The notes under the pieces: generated by a model
Told to the model about the DNA's origin: nothing
The model's database searches: none
What the model saw: only the letters and a program-made list of their open reading frames with translations
Part shown: piece by piece, positions 19,854 through 29,474 of the stretch
Layout: each line of letters begins with the position of its first letter
Numbering within the stretch: position 1 is the stretch's first letter
Translations under genes and position numbers: made by a program
NCBI GenBank assembly: GCA_002344005.1
Contig: DDTD01000046.1
Location: 317 to 64,316, forward strand
Reading direction: 5' to 3'
Source: Ignavibacteria bacterium UBA2373
GTDB taxonomy: Bacteria > Bacteroidota > Ignavibacteria > Kapaibacteriales > UBA961
Length of the DNA stretch: 64,000 nt

Positions 19854-20652
19854 AATATTCTATTCTTGTTTGAGATTTATCCACAGTTTTTAATTGATGT
19901 AAATGTTTTCTATACCAGTTAACTCCTACATATTTATTATTAATCTCCATAATTTCCGGATGATCTTCTACTAGTGATAGAATATCATATAAACCGAAAG
20001 CAGGGTTAGACGGGTACAATTTTTTATAGACCTCGGATATGAAATGATAATCTTCAGGATAGTCCAGAGTCCACCGATGTGACATTGAGAAATTATACCC
20101 CAATTCCCATGCACAATTGCCAATTCTGAACAAGTCCGGATTATCCCAGATGAACGGTGTGGTATGTTCACGTTCATACGATTTTTTTGCACGAGTATGG
20201 GTATATTCGAGTACACTCATCGGAATTACTTCCACATCGTTTCCGTCCGGATATGTCGCAGGGTGAAGATTGCTGACAAAATCATACTCTTCTCTGTTAT
20301 CTTGATAATACTTTATCACTTTGTCAATAATTTTAGGATCAATTAAAGGACAGTCGGAAGGAATTTTTACGACAACATCGGCATTATATTCTAATCCTGC
20401 TCTGTAGTGTCTATCGAGCACATCTTTTTCATCACCTCGAAAAAATTCAATTTCTTCATTATGGCATAATTTAGCAATAAGATCATCGGAAGTTTCCTTT
20501 GTCGTAGCAACAACAACCTTTGAAAAATAGCGAGCTTGTTTTATCCGTTCTATTTGACGAAACAAAATACTTTTTCCTAGAATAGGTAACAGAACCTTTC
20601 CGGGCAGTCGAGTAGAATTCATTCGAGCTTGGACAATAATAATAATATTCAT
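19828..20652 (-). CDS. SpsF-type cytidylyltransferase (CTP_transf_3-like)
   Basis: Start taken at MNIIIIVQARMNSTRLPGKVL, the acylneuraminate/KDO cytidylyltransferase-type motif. This ATG lies 1 nt after the upstream stop. The track extension to 20727 overlaps the upstream gene. Confidence 0.75.
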   Translation of the reverse strand: MNIIIIVQARMNSTRLPGKVLLPILGKSILFRQIERIKQARYFSKVVVATTKETSDDLIAKLCHNEEIEFFRGDEKDVLDRHYRAGLEYNADVVVKIPSDCPLIDPKIIDKVIKYYQDNREEYDFVSNLHPATYPDGNDVEVIPMSVLEYTHTRAKKSYEREHTTPFIWDNPDLFRIGNCAWELGYNFSMSHRWTLDYPEDYHFISEVYKKLYPSNPAFGLYDILSLVEDHPEIMEINNKYVGVNWYRKHLHQLKTVDKSQTRIEYYDGQTAAI

Positions 20653-20653
20653 A

Positions 20654-21691
20654 TCAGACTTTTGAATAGAGTAAGGTGTGATGATTAAATTCTTCATTTT
20701 GATTAATATCTTGAGCTTGAAATCCATTCAGAATTCTTTCACATACTTGTGAAATCGCTGAGGCAGAAGTTCCGCCGTTTTGTATCGGTAATAATTTACG
20801 CAATTCATGAATCGGAAAGTCAGAATACACCTCTTTACCAAGAGCTATTCCTGTATAAACTAATGTTGAAAATTTTGTGATAAGGACATCACAATTTGCG
20901 ATCATTTCATGTGCATTTCCGTCATGATAGATAATTGCATTCGGACATATTTTTTCAATTTCCCGGTATGCTCTTTGAAATTTTTCGTTAGGATGGAGTT
21001 TAAAGATAATCTGTCTGCCGTCAGCGATATTGCATACTTTGCGAATAAATTTCTTTCTGTTTTCGTAACGGAAGGTTTCACGCGTGTCTGATGTTGCTGC
21101 AAGAACAAAATTTCTATATGGGAATGAATTATTGCAATACATGAGGCAGTTATCATAATTTGGTATTCCTGTGACGACAATCTTTTCCGATTTTACACCT
21201 TTATTTATAAAAAGTGATTTATAGTTTTCGGAAGCAACACAAAATACTGTATAAGCATCAGAAAGTCCTGTCATGGAAGTGCTCGCCAAGTAACGTGGTA
21301 AACGAAAATTTTTAACAATGTGGTAGAGTCTATTCTCAGGATCTGTCATACCTTCTTGAACGAGGACAATGGCAGAACCACGAATGTTACGAGGAATTAT
21401 CAAATCTGAACATGTGACAACAAGGTCATAGTGACGCGATTCACCTCGAGGGTCCATTAAACGTCGCGATTGATGAAGTAATGAAAGGGACTTTTTTTGA
21501 AACTCACCACCTAATATGGTAAAATCAAGTAAACCTCTTTCTGCAGCATACCGTAGTAACCCATCCGCATAATAGGTGGTGAAGTAACATTCAACATCTT
21601 TCAACTCATCCGCAATAGCCATCATCTGAGTTGTTTGATTCGCTGATCCGCAAATGAAAAGTATGTTTTTTGTCTGCATAGTCGGACTCAT
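20654..21691 (-). CDS. putative GT-B-fold glycosyltransferase / nucleotide-sugar hydrolase (MurG/PseG/MGDG-synthase-like)
   Basis: N-terminal KNILFICGSANQTTQMMAIA and C-terminal HPNEK..MIANCDVLITKFSTLVYTGIALGKEV resemble GT28-type GT-B proteins. The assignment is by pattern only. Confidence 0.45.
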   Translation of the reverse strand: MSPTMQTKNILFICGSANQTTQMMAIADELKDVECYFTTYYADGLLRYAAERGLLDFTILGGEFQKKSLSLLHQSRRLMDPRGESRHYDLVVTCSDLIIPRNIRGSAIVLVQEGMTDPENRLYHIVKNFRLPRYLASTSMTGLSDAYTVFCVASENYKSLFINKGVKSEKIVVTGIPNYDNCLMYCNNSFPYRNFVLAATSDTRETFRYENRKKFIRKVCNIADGRQIIFKLHPNEKFQRAYREIEKICPNAIIYHDGNAHEMIANCDVLITKFSTLVYTGIALGKEVYSDFPIHELRKLLPIQNGGTSASAISQVCERILNGFQAQDINQNEEFNHHTLLYSKV

Positions 21692-21933
21692 TAGTTCGAA
21701 TGCAAAATTCGCTCTTACATATTACCTGCCTATTATCATATCCTCAAGAGTCTGTGAACAAATGACATTCTTGTTTATATTTTGGTTACGTAGATTATCA
21801 ACTCATTAAATGTAGTAGTCAAGAGCATAAAAAGCAGCATTACTCTTTCTTTCTCCAATAGAACCATACCATTTTTTTTGAGCAGAGATTATGATTACAC
21901 ATCCCCAAGACAAGTATATATGCGTGTAATGCG

Positions 21934-21941
21934 TAATTTTG
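21934..21941 (+). promoter_or_regulatory. candidate Bacteroidota-type -7 promoter box (TAnnTTTG)
   Basis: taattttg lies 27 nt before the ATG at 21969, inside the 277-nt divergent intergenic region. Confidence 0.3.
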
Positions 21942-21968
21942 AGTAATTTTTTTGAGAAATGACCATTA

Positions 21969-22787
21969 ATGTCAGCCGATTTACATACACATACACTCTA
22001 TTCTGATGGCGTCCTTTCGCCCGAGCAACTATTGATAAAGGCAAAGGAACGCGGCATCACTATCTTATCTATCACAGATCACGATACGATGGATGGATAT
22101 GTGGTTGGCGAAGCTCTTGCTGAGCAATATGGGATTGAACTCATTTCGGGGATTGAACTTAGCTGCTTTGAAGATGGTGTGGATTATCATATCCTCGGCT
22201 ATTTTCTTGATCCTGATTACCCGCGATTAAAAACACATCTTGACATATTCCGACGAGAAAGAGTAAAAAGAGCCGAAAGGATAGTCAAAAAACTACGTAA
22301 TCTATCGGTCAATATCCACCTTGATGATGTTTTGGAAAGAGCAGGCGCAGGTACTATTGGTCGCCCTCACATAGCTGCCGAAATGGTGAAAAATGGTTAT
22401 GTGAAAGATTTGAAGAATGCTTTTGACAGATTTTTGGCAAATGGTAAACCGGCATTCGAGGGAAAGCCCAAATTTCATGTCTCAGAGGGTGTGGATCTTA
22501 TTAATGCTTCCGGCGGACTTGCTGTGTTGGCGCATCCGGGGCAAATGAGTTATGATCGCCTCCATTATATCATCGAATGCGGAATTGACGGCTTAGAAGT
22601 TGTTCATCCTTCTCACCCTTTGGATATCAGAGTCTATTACCATAATGTTGCGATGCACTATTGGCTCTTAGAAACCGGTGGATCAGACTTTCATGGCACC
22701 CGAATCTATGATGAATCGAATTTTGGTGAATTTGTCATCCAACCTTCCGCTGTTGAATCCATGTTAAATCATCTTGCCAAACGCTGA
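21969..22787 (+). CDS. PHP-domain phosphoesterase (TrpH/YciV-like)
   Basis: ADLHTHTLYSDG, ITDHDT, VLAHP and GGSDFHG metal-binding motifs; 272 aa. Confidence 0.8.
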   Translation: MSADLHTHTLYSDGVLSPEQLLIKAKERGITILSITDHDTMDGYVVGEALAEQYGIELISGIELSCFEDGVDYHILGYFLDPDYPRLKTHLDIFRRERVKRAERIVKKLRNLSVNIHLDDVLERAGAGTIGRPHIAAEMVKNGYVKDLKNAFDRFLANGKPAFEGKPKFHVSEGVDLINASGGLAVLAHPGQMSYDRLHYIIECGIDGLEVVHPSHPLDIRVYYHNVAMHYWLLETGGSDFHGTRIYDESNFGEFVIQPSAVESMLNHLAKR

Positions 22788-22797
22788 GATACCTGCA

Positions 22798-24378
22798 ATG
22801 AGCAGATTTCCGATACCTTTACGCATTATTCTCATTTTTTTACTTCTTTATAGCGGTTTATTTATCTACCGCAGTAGCTTTGTCATAGAATCAACACGCT
22901 ATTTTTGTTTATTCGACGATGCGATGATATCCATGCAGTATGCGCAAAATCTGGCACAAGGACATGGATTAACATGGAATGCGGGTGAAAGAATAGAGGG
23001 TATTACCAATCCTTTATGGGCTTTTGGTATGGCTCTAATTCATCTATGTGGAATTCCTCAAAATTATACATCGTTGTGCATTCAAATATTGGGATTTGTA
23101 TTTTTATCGCTGCAATGTATTATTATATGGAATATCAGTGAACGATTATTTCCTCGAACCGGAATAATACCCATTGTTGCAACATTATGTACGGCAATGT
23201 ATTTACCACTTATTACATGGTCTTTAACCGGTATGGAAGTATCTGTATGTGCATTACTGATTACGTATGTATTATCAAAAATAGATTTCTATACTCATAC
23301 CACTTCTATTCCTTGGAAAGAAATTCTATTACTTGCCCTTGGAACGTGTATCAGAATTGATATGATTGTTCCCGGATTTGTACTTTTATTCGCTTTAGCA
23401 TTTAGGAGTACATCGTTTCATAAAAAAACTTTTATTACAGGTATTGTTTCCTTTGTCGGAATAATTGCAATACAGACTTTTCTGCGATTTGACTATTATG
23501 GTGATTTTTTACCCAATACATACTATCTAAAAATGACAGGAATTTCACCCGTTTATCGCATTTCACGAGGTCTATTTTCGACAGTAAAATTTTTATTCTT
23601 TTTTAACCCTTTTCTCATCATACTTCCATTTGTGTATCTACGCTCACATCGTCATACTACACTTTATACTATCGCTGCATTATTTATTGCTCAACTCTGT
23701 TACAGCACTTATGTAGGTGGAGATGCTTGGGATTGGTGGGGCGGGGCAAATCGTTATATCGCATTAGCAATTGCACCATTTTTTATTGTACTTTCAGCAG
23801 CATTATACCATTTCTTTTCTATAGCCGAAAACACATACTCATTCGTAAAAGCACAAAGAAATATTCTTATTCCTTTAGCTGTCATTATTCTCCTTGTCCA
23901 AATTAATTTTCAGCGGGATGGCAGTTCACTCACCACATGGTTGCTTATCCATCCACCTTTTGGTACAGATGATAATAAAAGAAATGTAGAAATAGCATTA
24001 CTCTTACGGCATACATCACCCCAAGCAACGATTGCAACGATAACCGCCGGTTCTATACATTATTTCACACAAAGAACAATGTTCGATATGTTGGGAAAAA
24101 ATGATAAATACATTGCTCGACTCTCTGCCATTGTACCAAAAGATAAAAATAAATTTATCAGTTTTCATCCCGGGCATAATAAATACGACTATCATTATTC
24201 GATAGCAGAAAAAAAACCGGATATTATCGTGGGAATTGAGGAAGGTAATCTACAAACACAATCATTACTCACACAATATCAAAGAGATAAATACAAGCAT
24301 CATATACTTTATTCAAAAAATGATTCGAAGTATATAGCTGACTATAGAAAACAAATTTTTATATCACAAACGAAATGA
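22798..24378 (+). CDS. polytopic membrane protein, possible GT-C-type (ArnT/PMT-like) glycosyltransferase
   Basis: At least 10 hydrophobic segments. The early loop [19 protein letters not shown] resembles the Asp-containing first loop of GT-C enzymes. Start taken at ATG 22798 (MSRFPIP), just after the PHP gene stop. Confidence 0.45.
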   Translation: MSRFPIPLRIILIFLLLYSGLFIYRSSFVIESTRYFCLFDDAMISMQYAQNLAQGHGLTWNAGERIEGITNPLWAFGMALIHLCGIPQNYTSLCIQILGFVFLSLQCIIIWNISERLFPRTGIIPIVATLCTAMYLPLITWSLTGMEVSVCALLITYVLSKIDFYTHTTSIPWKEILLLALGTCIRIDMIVPGFVLLFALAFRSTSFHKKTFITGIVSFVGIIAIQTFLRFDYYGDFLPNTYYLKMTGISPVYRISRGLFSTVKFLFFFNPFLIILPFVYLRSHRHTTLYTIAALFIAQLCYSTYVGGDAWDWWGGANRYIALAIAPFFIVLSAALYHFFSIAENTYSFVKAQRNILIPLAVIILLVQINFQRDGSSLTTWLLIHPPFGTDDNKRNVEIALLLRHTSPQATIATITAGSIHYFTQRTMFDMLGKNDKYIARLSAIVPKDKNKFISFHPGHNKYDYHYSIAEKKPDIIVGIEEGNLQTQSLLTQYQRDKYKHHILYSKNDSKYIADYRKQIFISQTK

Positions 24379-24851
24379 AAGGCAAAACAATGAACATCAT
24401 TGAAGGCGATTTTAACGGGGCAAATATGAATATAGCGATAGTAGTTGCCCGCTGGAATTATTTTATTGTTGAAAAGTTATTGGAAGGGGCACTTGATGGT
24501 TTACGAAGACACGGTGCTACTATTGATACGCAGGTTACAACGATATATTGCCCCGGTTGTTATGAAATCCCAACAGTCACAAAAAAGGCAGCATTATCCG
24601 GAAAATATGATGCTATCATTACACTTGGAGCAGTTATTCGCGGCGCAACTCCACACTTTGATTATGTGGCAAGTGCAGCGGCAAGTATAAATTCTATTGC
24701 TGTTGATACAAATATACCTTGTATTTTCGGTGTATTGACAACAGACACTATAGAACAAGCCATTGAACGAAGCGGTACTAAAGCAGGAAATAAGGGGTTT
24801 GAAGCGGCAATGGTTGCCATCGAAATGGTCAATGTTCTTCGTAAAATATAA
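24375..24851 (+). CDS. ribH: 6,7-dimethyl-8-ribityllumazine synthase
   Basis: [24 protein letters not shown] and GVLTT motifs. ATGA overlap with the upstream gene. An alternative start is 24390 (MNIIEG). Confidence 0.92.
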   Translation: MKGKTMNIIEGDFNGANMNIAIVVARWNYFIVEKLLEGALDGLRRHGATIDTQVTTIYCPGCYEIPTVTKKAALSGKYDAIITLGAVIRGATPHFDYVASAAASINSIAVDTNIPCIFGVLTTDTIEQAIERSGTKAGNKGFEAAMVAIEMVNVLRKI

Positions 24852-24859
24852 TTCTTTGC

Positions 24860-24941
24860 AAGTCTGTTTATAGTGTTGTTATTGCTAATGACTCTGTCAT
24901 ATTTACCATGACATTACGGCTAACAAAATATAAACAGACTT
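24860..24941. repeat. 13-bp perfect inverted repeat (aagtctgtttata / tataaacagactt) with a 56-nt spacer between convergent genes
   Basis: Arms at 24860-24872 and 24929-24941, with an inner hairpin atgac-tct-gtcat at 24888-24900. The right arm overlaps the stop of the minus-strand gene. Confidence 0.6.
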
Positions 24942-26178
24942 ATGCTTTGCGTAATATAAATTCCGTAATTTCAGGATCAATACCTATACGAAGCGGTGGT
25001 CCTACAACACCCACACCACGATTAACGTATAATTGTTGATTTTTGTCGGAATATAAACCTGCCCATTGCTTATATACTACTTGAGCAACACTCATTTCAA
25101 CACCAAGAATATGAACGCCAACTTGCCCACCATGTGTATGACCGGAAAACATTGCATCCACAAATGTTTTCTCTCGTACTTCTTTATCCCAAAATGTTGG
25201 ATCATGAGCCAATAAAAAAGTCGGAAATTCCGGCTGTAAATTCATAAGAGCTTTATCTAATTTTGCAAAAGATTGGCGCAATCCCGTATTATCAACGCCT
25301 GCAATCTGAATTTGTGCACCATCAATATTCAATACGCGATTTGCATTAATGAGAAGATGAACATCAGATTCTTTTATCATTGAAATTAACCGTTTATGAT
25401 CACTATATTCAGAATAATGGTCATGATTTCCCAGACAAGCATATACACCGATATCTGCTTTAATTTTTTGTATATCTTTAGCAATAGAAATATATTCATC
25501 TGACCTGAAATTAACAAAATCTCCGGTCATAAATACCATATCCGCTGATAATGTATTGATGATTCTTCGAACCTCTTGAATATGAGATCCATTGGGAATA
25601 GATCCTGCATGCAAATCCGAAATCTGGATAATTTTTAATCCTTCTAAAGCTCTGGGTAAATCTTTTACAGGTAAATCAAGAGAATTAACATGAAAATTTG
25701 TCACTTTCCGTAATAATCCATCCCCGACGATGATAAACGGAGCTGCTGCCAATGACCAACCCACATTTTTTAATAGTTCTCTGCGTGGTATATTTTCCTG
25801 CACTGTTTCTGATAATGAAGGCGTTTTTTTATGAAGACTAATTCTATTCCATGACCATTTTAAAAATTTTATGGAATCTGTAAACAGTAAAGTCAGAGCA
25901 ATAGGCAACTTAGGTAAATACCATACGATGACTGCATTATAGAGTATTAAATCAAATAATGGAATTGCGCCGACATTCATGCGCCGAACATTCACATAAA
26001 TATTGCAGACGACAGCAAGAAACATTACCATGTACGGTACTGTAAATAATAATTTGTTCCATTGTTTCTGTTGCACAAATTTTTTCCAACGATGCAGAAC
26101 ATAGGCATCCGTTAAAAGAAACAAGACTTGAAGAACAATAATAAAGACAAGAAATGATGCTTTATTCATAAAAAACAA
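24940..26178 (-). CDS. membrane-anchored metallophosphoesterase (YkuE-like)
   Basis: N-terminal hydrophobic segments followed by IQISDLHAG, TGDFVN, LGNHDH and SGHTHGGQ. Confidence 0.8.
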   Translation of the reverse strand: MFFMNKASFLVFIIVLQVLFLLTDAYVLHRWKKFVQQKQWNKLLFTVPYMVMFLAVVCNIYVNVRRMNVGAIPLFDLILYNAVIVWYLPKLPIALTLLFTDSIKFLKWSWNRISLHKKTPSLSETVQENIPRRELLKNVGWSLAAAPFIIVGDGLLRKVTNFHVNSLDLPVKDLPRALEGLKIIQISDLHAGSIPNGSHIQEVRRIINTLSADMVFMTGDFVNFRSDEYISIAKDIQKIKADIGVYACLGNHDHYSEYSDHKRLISMIKESDVHLLINANRVLNIDGAQIQIAGVDNTGLRQSFAKLDKALMNLQPEFPTFLLAHDPTFWDKEVREKTFVDAMFSGHTHGGQVGVHILGVEMSVAQVVYKQWAGLYSDKNQQLYVNRGVGVVGPPLRIGIDPEITEFILRKA

Positions 26179-27066
26179 TCAAGTGGTGATATGTAAGCGA
26201 ATAAACAACCCCTCTGCTTCGGCAAGCAATTGATGTTGTTCATTGCGTATTTCACCCTTGATGACGAACTTGCGTCCATGTTCGCTTATTTGTTTGCCTT
26301 TCAGGTACAAAGTCTGCCCAATGGGAGTTGGTCTGTGATAGCGAATGTTCAATGTACCTGTTGGTGCTTTAACCCCTTGTCCTGAAAGAGTTTTTCCCAT
26401 CACTTCATCGAGCAAAAGAGCCACAAATCCACCATGCATTATTCCTAAAGAACCATTCATAAACGATGGTGGCAAGAACCATGATTCTGCTGCTTTTTCT
26501 TGTTCATTATAGAGGAATGAAAGTTGTAAACCATGAGGATTAGCATCACCACACCCAAAGCAAGTATTGTCCTTTCTCGGGTGCAGAAATCGAAGATGGC
26601 TCGGCATACTTGTCGGTTCAACAATTGAAGTTTTTCCTGTATCGGGGTGACGGAATTGGAAGTACTCTCCGAATGGCTCAATATGTTCGGTAAGGTGCAT
26701 AAGTGCAGGCATTGCAATGCGCCCTTTGCCACCTACTTTTGCTGTATGATATAAAATTCCATCATCTGACACTGTTAAAGATTCCTGTTCAAAAGGCACC
26801 GATAATGTATCATGATACCATAATTTATTATTTCCCCATCGTTGATAGACTATCGGCGTATCAATGGGCTTAACAAAATTAATTTCATAACCTGACGGCG
26901 AATAATACGGGTAATCATTATATTTGCCGGTTGTGTTTTCTTTTAATCGAGTAAAAAAAACATGAATAAATGGTTTGTCATCTATTTCCACCCCGTTATG
27001 AAGAACATTTCCTCGCTCATCTATCTCAAAAAAATATTCCTTATGTTTTGCAGTTGTTTCACTCAT
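26179..27066 (-). CDS. fusion protein: N-terminal domain of unknown function + PaaI-type hotdog thioesterase
   Basis: The C-terminal half has CFGCGDANPHGLQLSF..GIMHGGFVALLLDEVMG, typical of PaaI/YigI-like thioesterases. The N-terminal ~160 aa are unassigned, with a DUF1285-like pattern (FEIDERGNVLHNGVEI..FFTRL). Confidence 0.6.
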   Translation of the reverse strand: MSETTAKHKEYFFEIDERGNVLHNGVEIDDKPFIHVFFTRLKENTTGKYNDYPYYSPSGYEINFVKPIDTPIVYQRWGNNKLWYHDTLSVPFEQESLTVSDDGILYHTAKVGGKGRIAMPALMHLTEHIEPFGEYFQFRHPDTGKTSIVEPTSMPSHLRFLHPRKDNTCFGCGDANPHGLQLSFLYNEQEKAAESWFLPPSFMNGSLGIMHGGFVALLLDEVMGKTLSGQGVKAPTGTLNIRYHRPTPIGQTLYLKGKQISEHGRKFVIKGEIRNEQHQLLAEAEGLFIRLHITT

Positions 27067-27109
27067 AGTAACCCTATACGAATGATTATAATTCAGAAAT
27101 TATTGATTG

Positions 27110-28132
27110 TTATTTTTTAGGTGAGCGCAATGCCGACGAATTGACCGTGATATTGTATGACATATAATGGTCTGGAGTTTTTTGTTCAATAATTTTTTTT
27201 TCTGCCAAAAAACCAATCATTGCTGCATTGTCAATACAATATTGTATGTCCGGTATATAAAGTTTAACCGATTTTTTTTGTGCAAAGCGCAATAATTCTG
27301 AGCGTAATCGTGAATTGGCAGACACACCGCCTGCGACAACTAATGTATTTACTTTCATACGTTTAACCGCATTAAATGATTTTTTTACCAAAGGTTCTAC
27401 AATTGCTTCCTGCACTGATGCACAAATATTATGAATATTATCATGGAAGTTACCTTCGGGATAATTATTCTGTAAAAACACACGCACTGCTGTTTTTAAT
27501 CCGCTATAGCTGAATTGAAGGGAGTCTTTTTGCATCATCCCACGCGGAAATATAAATCTATCGGGATGTCCATCTTTTGCTAATTTATCCATAATTGGTC
27601 CTCCGGGATAGCCCAAACCAAGCATTTTGGACGTTTTATCAAAGGCTTCGCCGGCAGCATCATCGCGCGTTGATCCTAAAATGGAATATTCATGAAATGA
27701 AGTAACATAAAATAATGATGTATGTCCACCGCTTACCACCAAAGAAACAAATGGGAATTCTATTTGTTCCGATACTAAGAAACCTGAATATAAATGACCT
27801 TCAATATGATTAATTGGGACAAGAGGAATTTGTAATCGCATAGCAAGACCTTTAGCAAAATTAGCACCCACAAGCAATGCTCCGGCAAGTCCGGGTGATG
27901 TTGTTACAGCAATGGCATCTATGTCAGTAAGCGTACATTGTGATTTTGATAAAGCTTGATCAACAACAGTAGAAATCATACGCAAATGTGCTCTTGAGGC
28001 AATTTCGGGGATAACTCCTCCAAAAGCTGAATGTTCCGTTTGCGATGACACAATATTGCTTAACACCACACCATTTTTCACCACTGCAGCGGCGGTTTCA
28101 TCACATGAAGATTCAATTGCCAGAATTGTCAT
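27110..28132 (-). CDS. tsaD: tRNA N6-adenosine threonylcarbamoyltransferase
   Basis: ILAIESSCDETAAAVV, GGVIPEIASRAH and VVSGGHTS; 340 aa. Confidence 0.93.
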   Translation of the reverse strand: MTILAIESSCDETAAAVVKNGVVLSNIVSSQTEHSAFGGVIPEIASRAHLRMISTVVDQALSKSQCTLTDIDAIAVTTSPGLAGALLVGANFAKGLAMRLQIPLVPINHIEGHLYSGFLVSEQIEFPFVSLVVSGGHTSLFYVTSFHEYSILGSTRDDAAGEAFDKTSKMLGLGYPGGPIMDKLAKDGHPDRFIFPRGMMQKDSLQFSYSGLKTAVRVFLQNNYPEGNFHDNIHNICASVQEAIVEPLVKKSFNAVKRMKVNTLVVAGGVSANSRLRSELLRFAQKKSVKLYIPDIQYCIDNAAMIGFLAEKKIIEQKTPDHYMSYNITVNSSALRSPKK

Positions 28133-29387
28133 CGTTTCTACTTCTCAAATAACGATACAACATATCAAAAGCAGCTCCTACGGTTCTATCACGATTTGCA
28201 GCCCGATCATTGCCAAAAATAAATCGTTTGGTTATTGTACTTGTTGGAGTGGACAAAGAAATCCAGACAGTTCCAACAGGTTTTTCATCAGTACCGCCAT
28301 CGGGTCCTGCAATTCCTGTTGCAGCAATACCATAATCTGTCTGTAATTTGCTTCGTACACCTTGGCTCATTGCGCATGCAACCTCTTCACTTACGGCACC
28401 ATAATGTTCAATATCTTCACTGTTTACTCCTAATTCTTGCACTTTGATTGCATTAGAATATGCCATAATACCACCTATGAAATATGCAGAGCTACCCGGT
28501 AAATCTGTTAATGATGCACCTATTTTTCCTCCTGTACAGGATTCTGCAACAGAAACTGTTTCTCCTCTTTCGGTTAATAATTGGGCGACTGTTTTTTCAA
28601 TAGAAATATTATTGGCACCATAAATAAACTTGCCGACTTTTTGCCGTATATTTCTTTCAATAGTATCTACTATTTCAACAGCTTTACCTGATGACACATT
28701 ATGAGCACCTATGCGTAAGCGAACACCGGAATATGAAGGTAAAAATGCAAGAGATGAATTAGTATTGAGAAATTCGCTTACATCACCAATCATATCGGCT
28801 AAATCTGATTCAGCAACACCTATTGTCATAAGCGTTCTGAACATATTCCTGGTTTGATTTTGTAATGTAAAATGTTGCTCAATAAGAGGAAAAACATGTT
28901 GTTCCATTATATACATCATTTCTCTTGGTACTCCGGGCATAGAAACAAAGATAGTGCTCTCGGTTTTAAACAACATACCGGGAGCAGTACCTCTTTCATT
29001 AGATAAAACTTGACATGTAGAGGGTATATATGCCTGTAATTTATTACGTTCCGTTAATTGTCTGCCTCGTCGAGAATAAAAATCCTGTAACCATACTAAT
29101 GTCGGCTCATGCCATATATACGTATCATTAAAATATTCGCACAATACTTTTTTTGTTACATCATCGTGGGTTGGTCCTAGTCCGCCCGTTATAATCACAT
29201 AATCAGAATTTTTGGACAATCGGGTTAATTCTGCTTTAATTTCCTCACCGTCATCTCCAACAATAGAGTGTGTAACAACTTCACAACCGATTTCCGTACA
29301 ATGTGAAGCAATCCAAGCTGCATTTGTATTTACGATTTGACCTATGCAAATTTCATCACCGATGGTAAGAATCGAACATTTTATCAT
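28113..29387 (-). CDS. cinA: CinA family protein (MoCF-like domain + nicotinamide-nucleotide amidohydrolase domain)
   Basis: ILTIGDEICIGQIVNTNAAWIA, ITGGLGPTHDD and VAESCTGGKIG; 424 aa. Confidence 0.9.
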   Translation of the reverse strand: MIKCSILTIGDEICIGQIVNTNAAWIASHCTEIGCEVVTHSIVGDDGEEIKAELTRLSKNSDYVIITGGLGPTHDDVTKKVLCEYFNDTYIWHEPTLVWLQDFYSRRGRQLTERNKLQAYIPSTCQVLSNERGTAPGMLFKTESTIFVSMPGVPREMMYIMEQHVFPLIEQHFTLQNQTRNMFRTLMTIGVAESDLADMIGDVSEFLNTNSSLAFLPSYSGVRLRIGAHNVSSGKAVEIVDTIERNIRQKVGKFIYGANNISIEKTVAQLLTERGETVSVAESCTGGKIGASLTDLPGSSAYFIGGIMAYSNAIKVQELGVNSEDIEHYGAVSEEVACAMSQGVRSKLQTDYGIAATGIAGPDGGTDEKPVGTVWISLSTPTSTITKRFIFGNDRAANRDRTVGAAFDMLYRYLRSRNDDNSGN

Positions 29388-29474
29388 ACAGTATATTACT
29401 CTCGAATAAAAAAAATCACCGACACGATTGACGGTGATACTCCATAATAATTTCCTAAAACGTAATCGCAGTCA

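Noticed and set aside
19828-20727. Long form of the cytidylyltransferase ORF starting at 20727
   Set aside because: The 25-aa extension overlaps the 3' end of the upstream GT-B gene by 74 nt. The family motif begins right after Met26 (ATG at 20652), which sits 1 nt after the upstream stop.
24300-24400. FMN riboswitch upstream of ribH
   Set aside because: The ribH start overlaps the stop of the preceding membrane-protein gene (ATGA), leaving no leader in which a riboswitch could reside.
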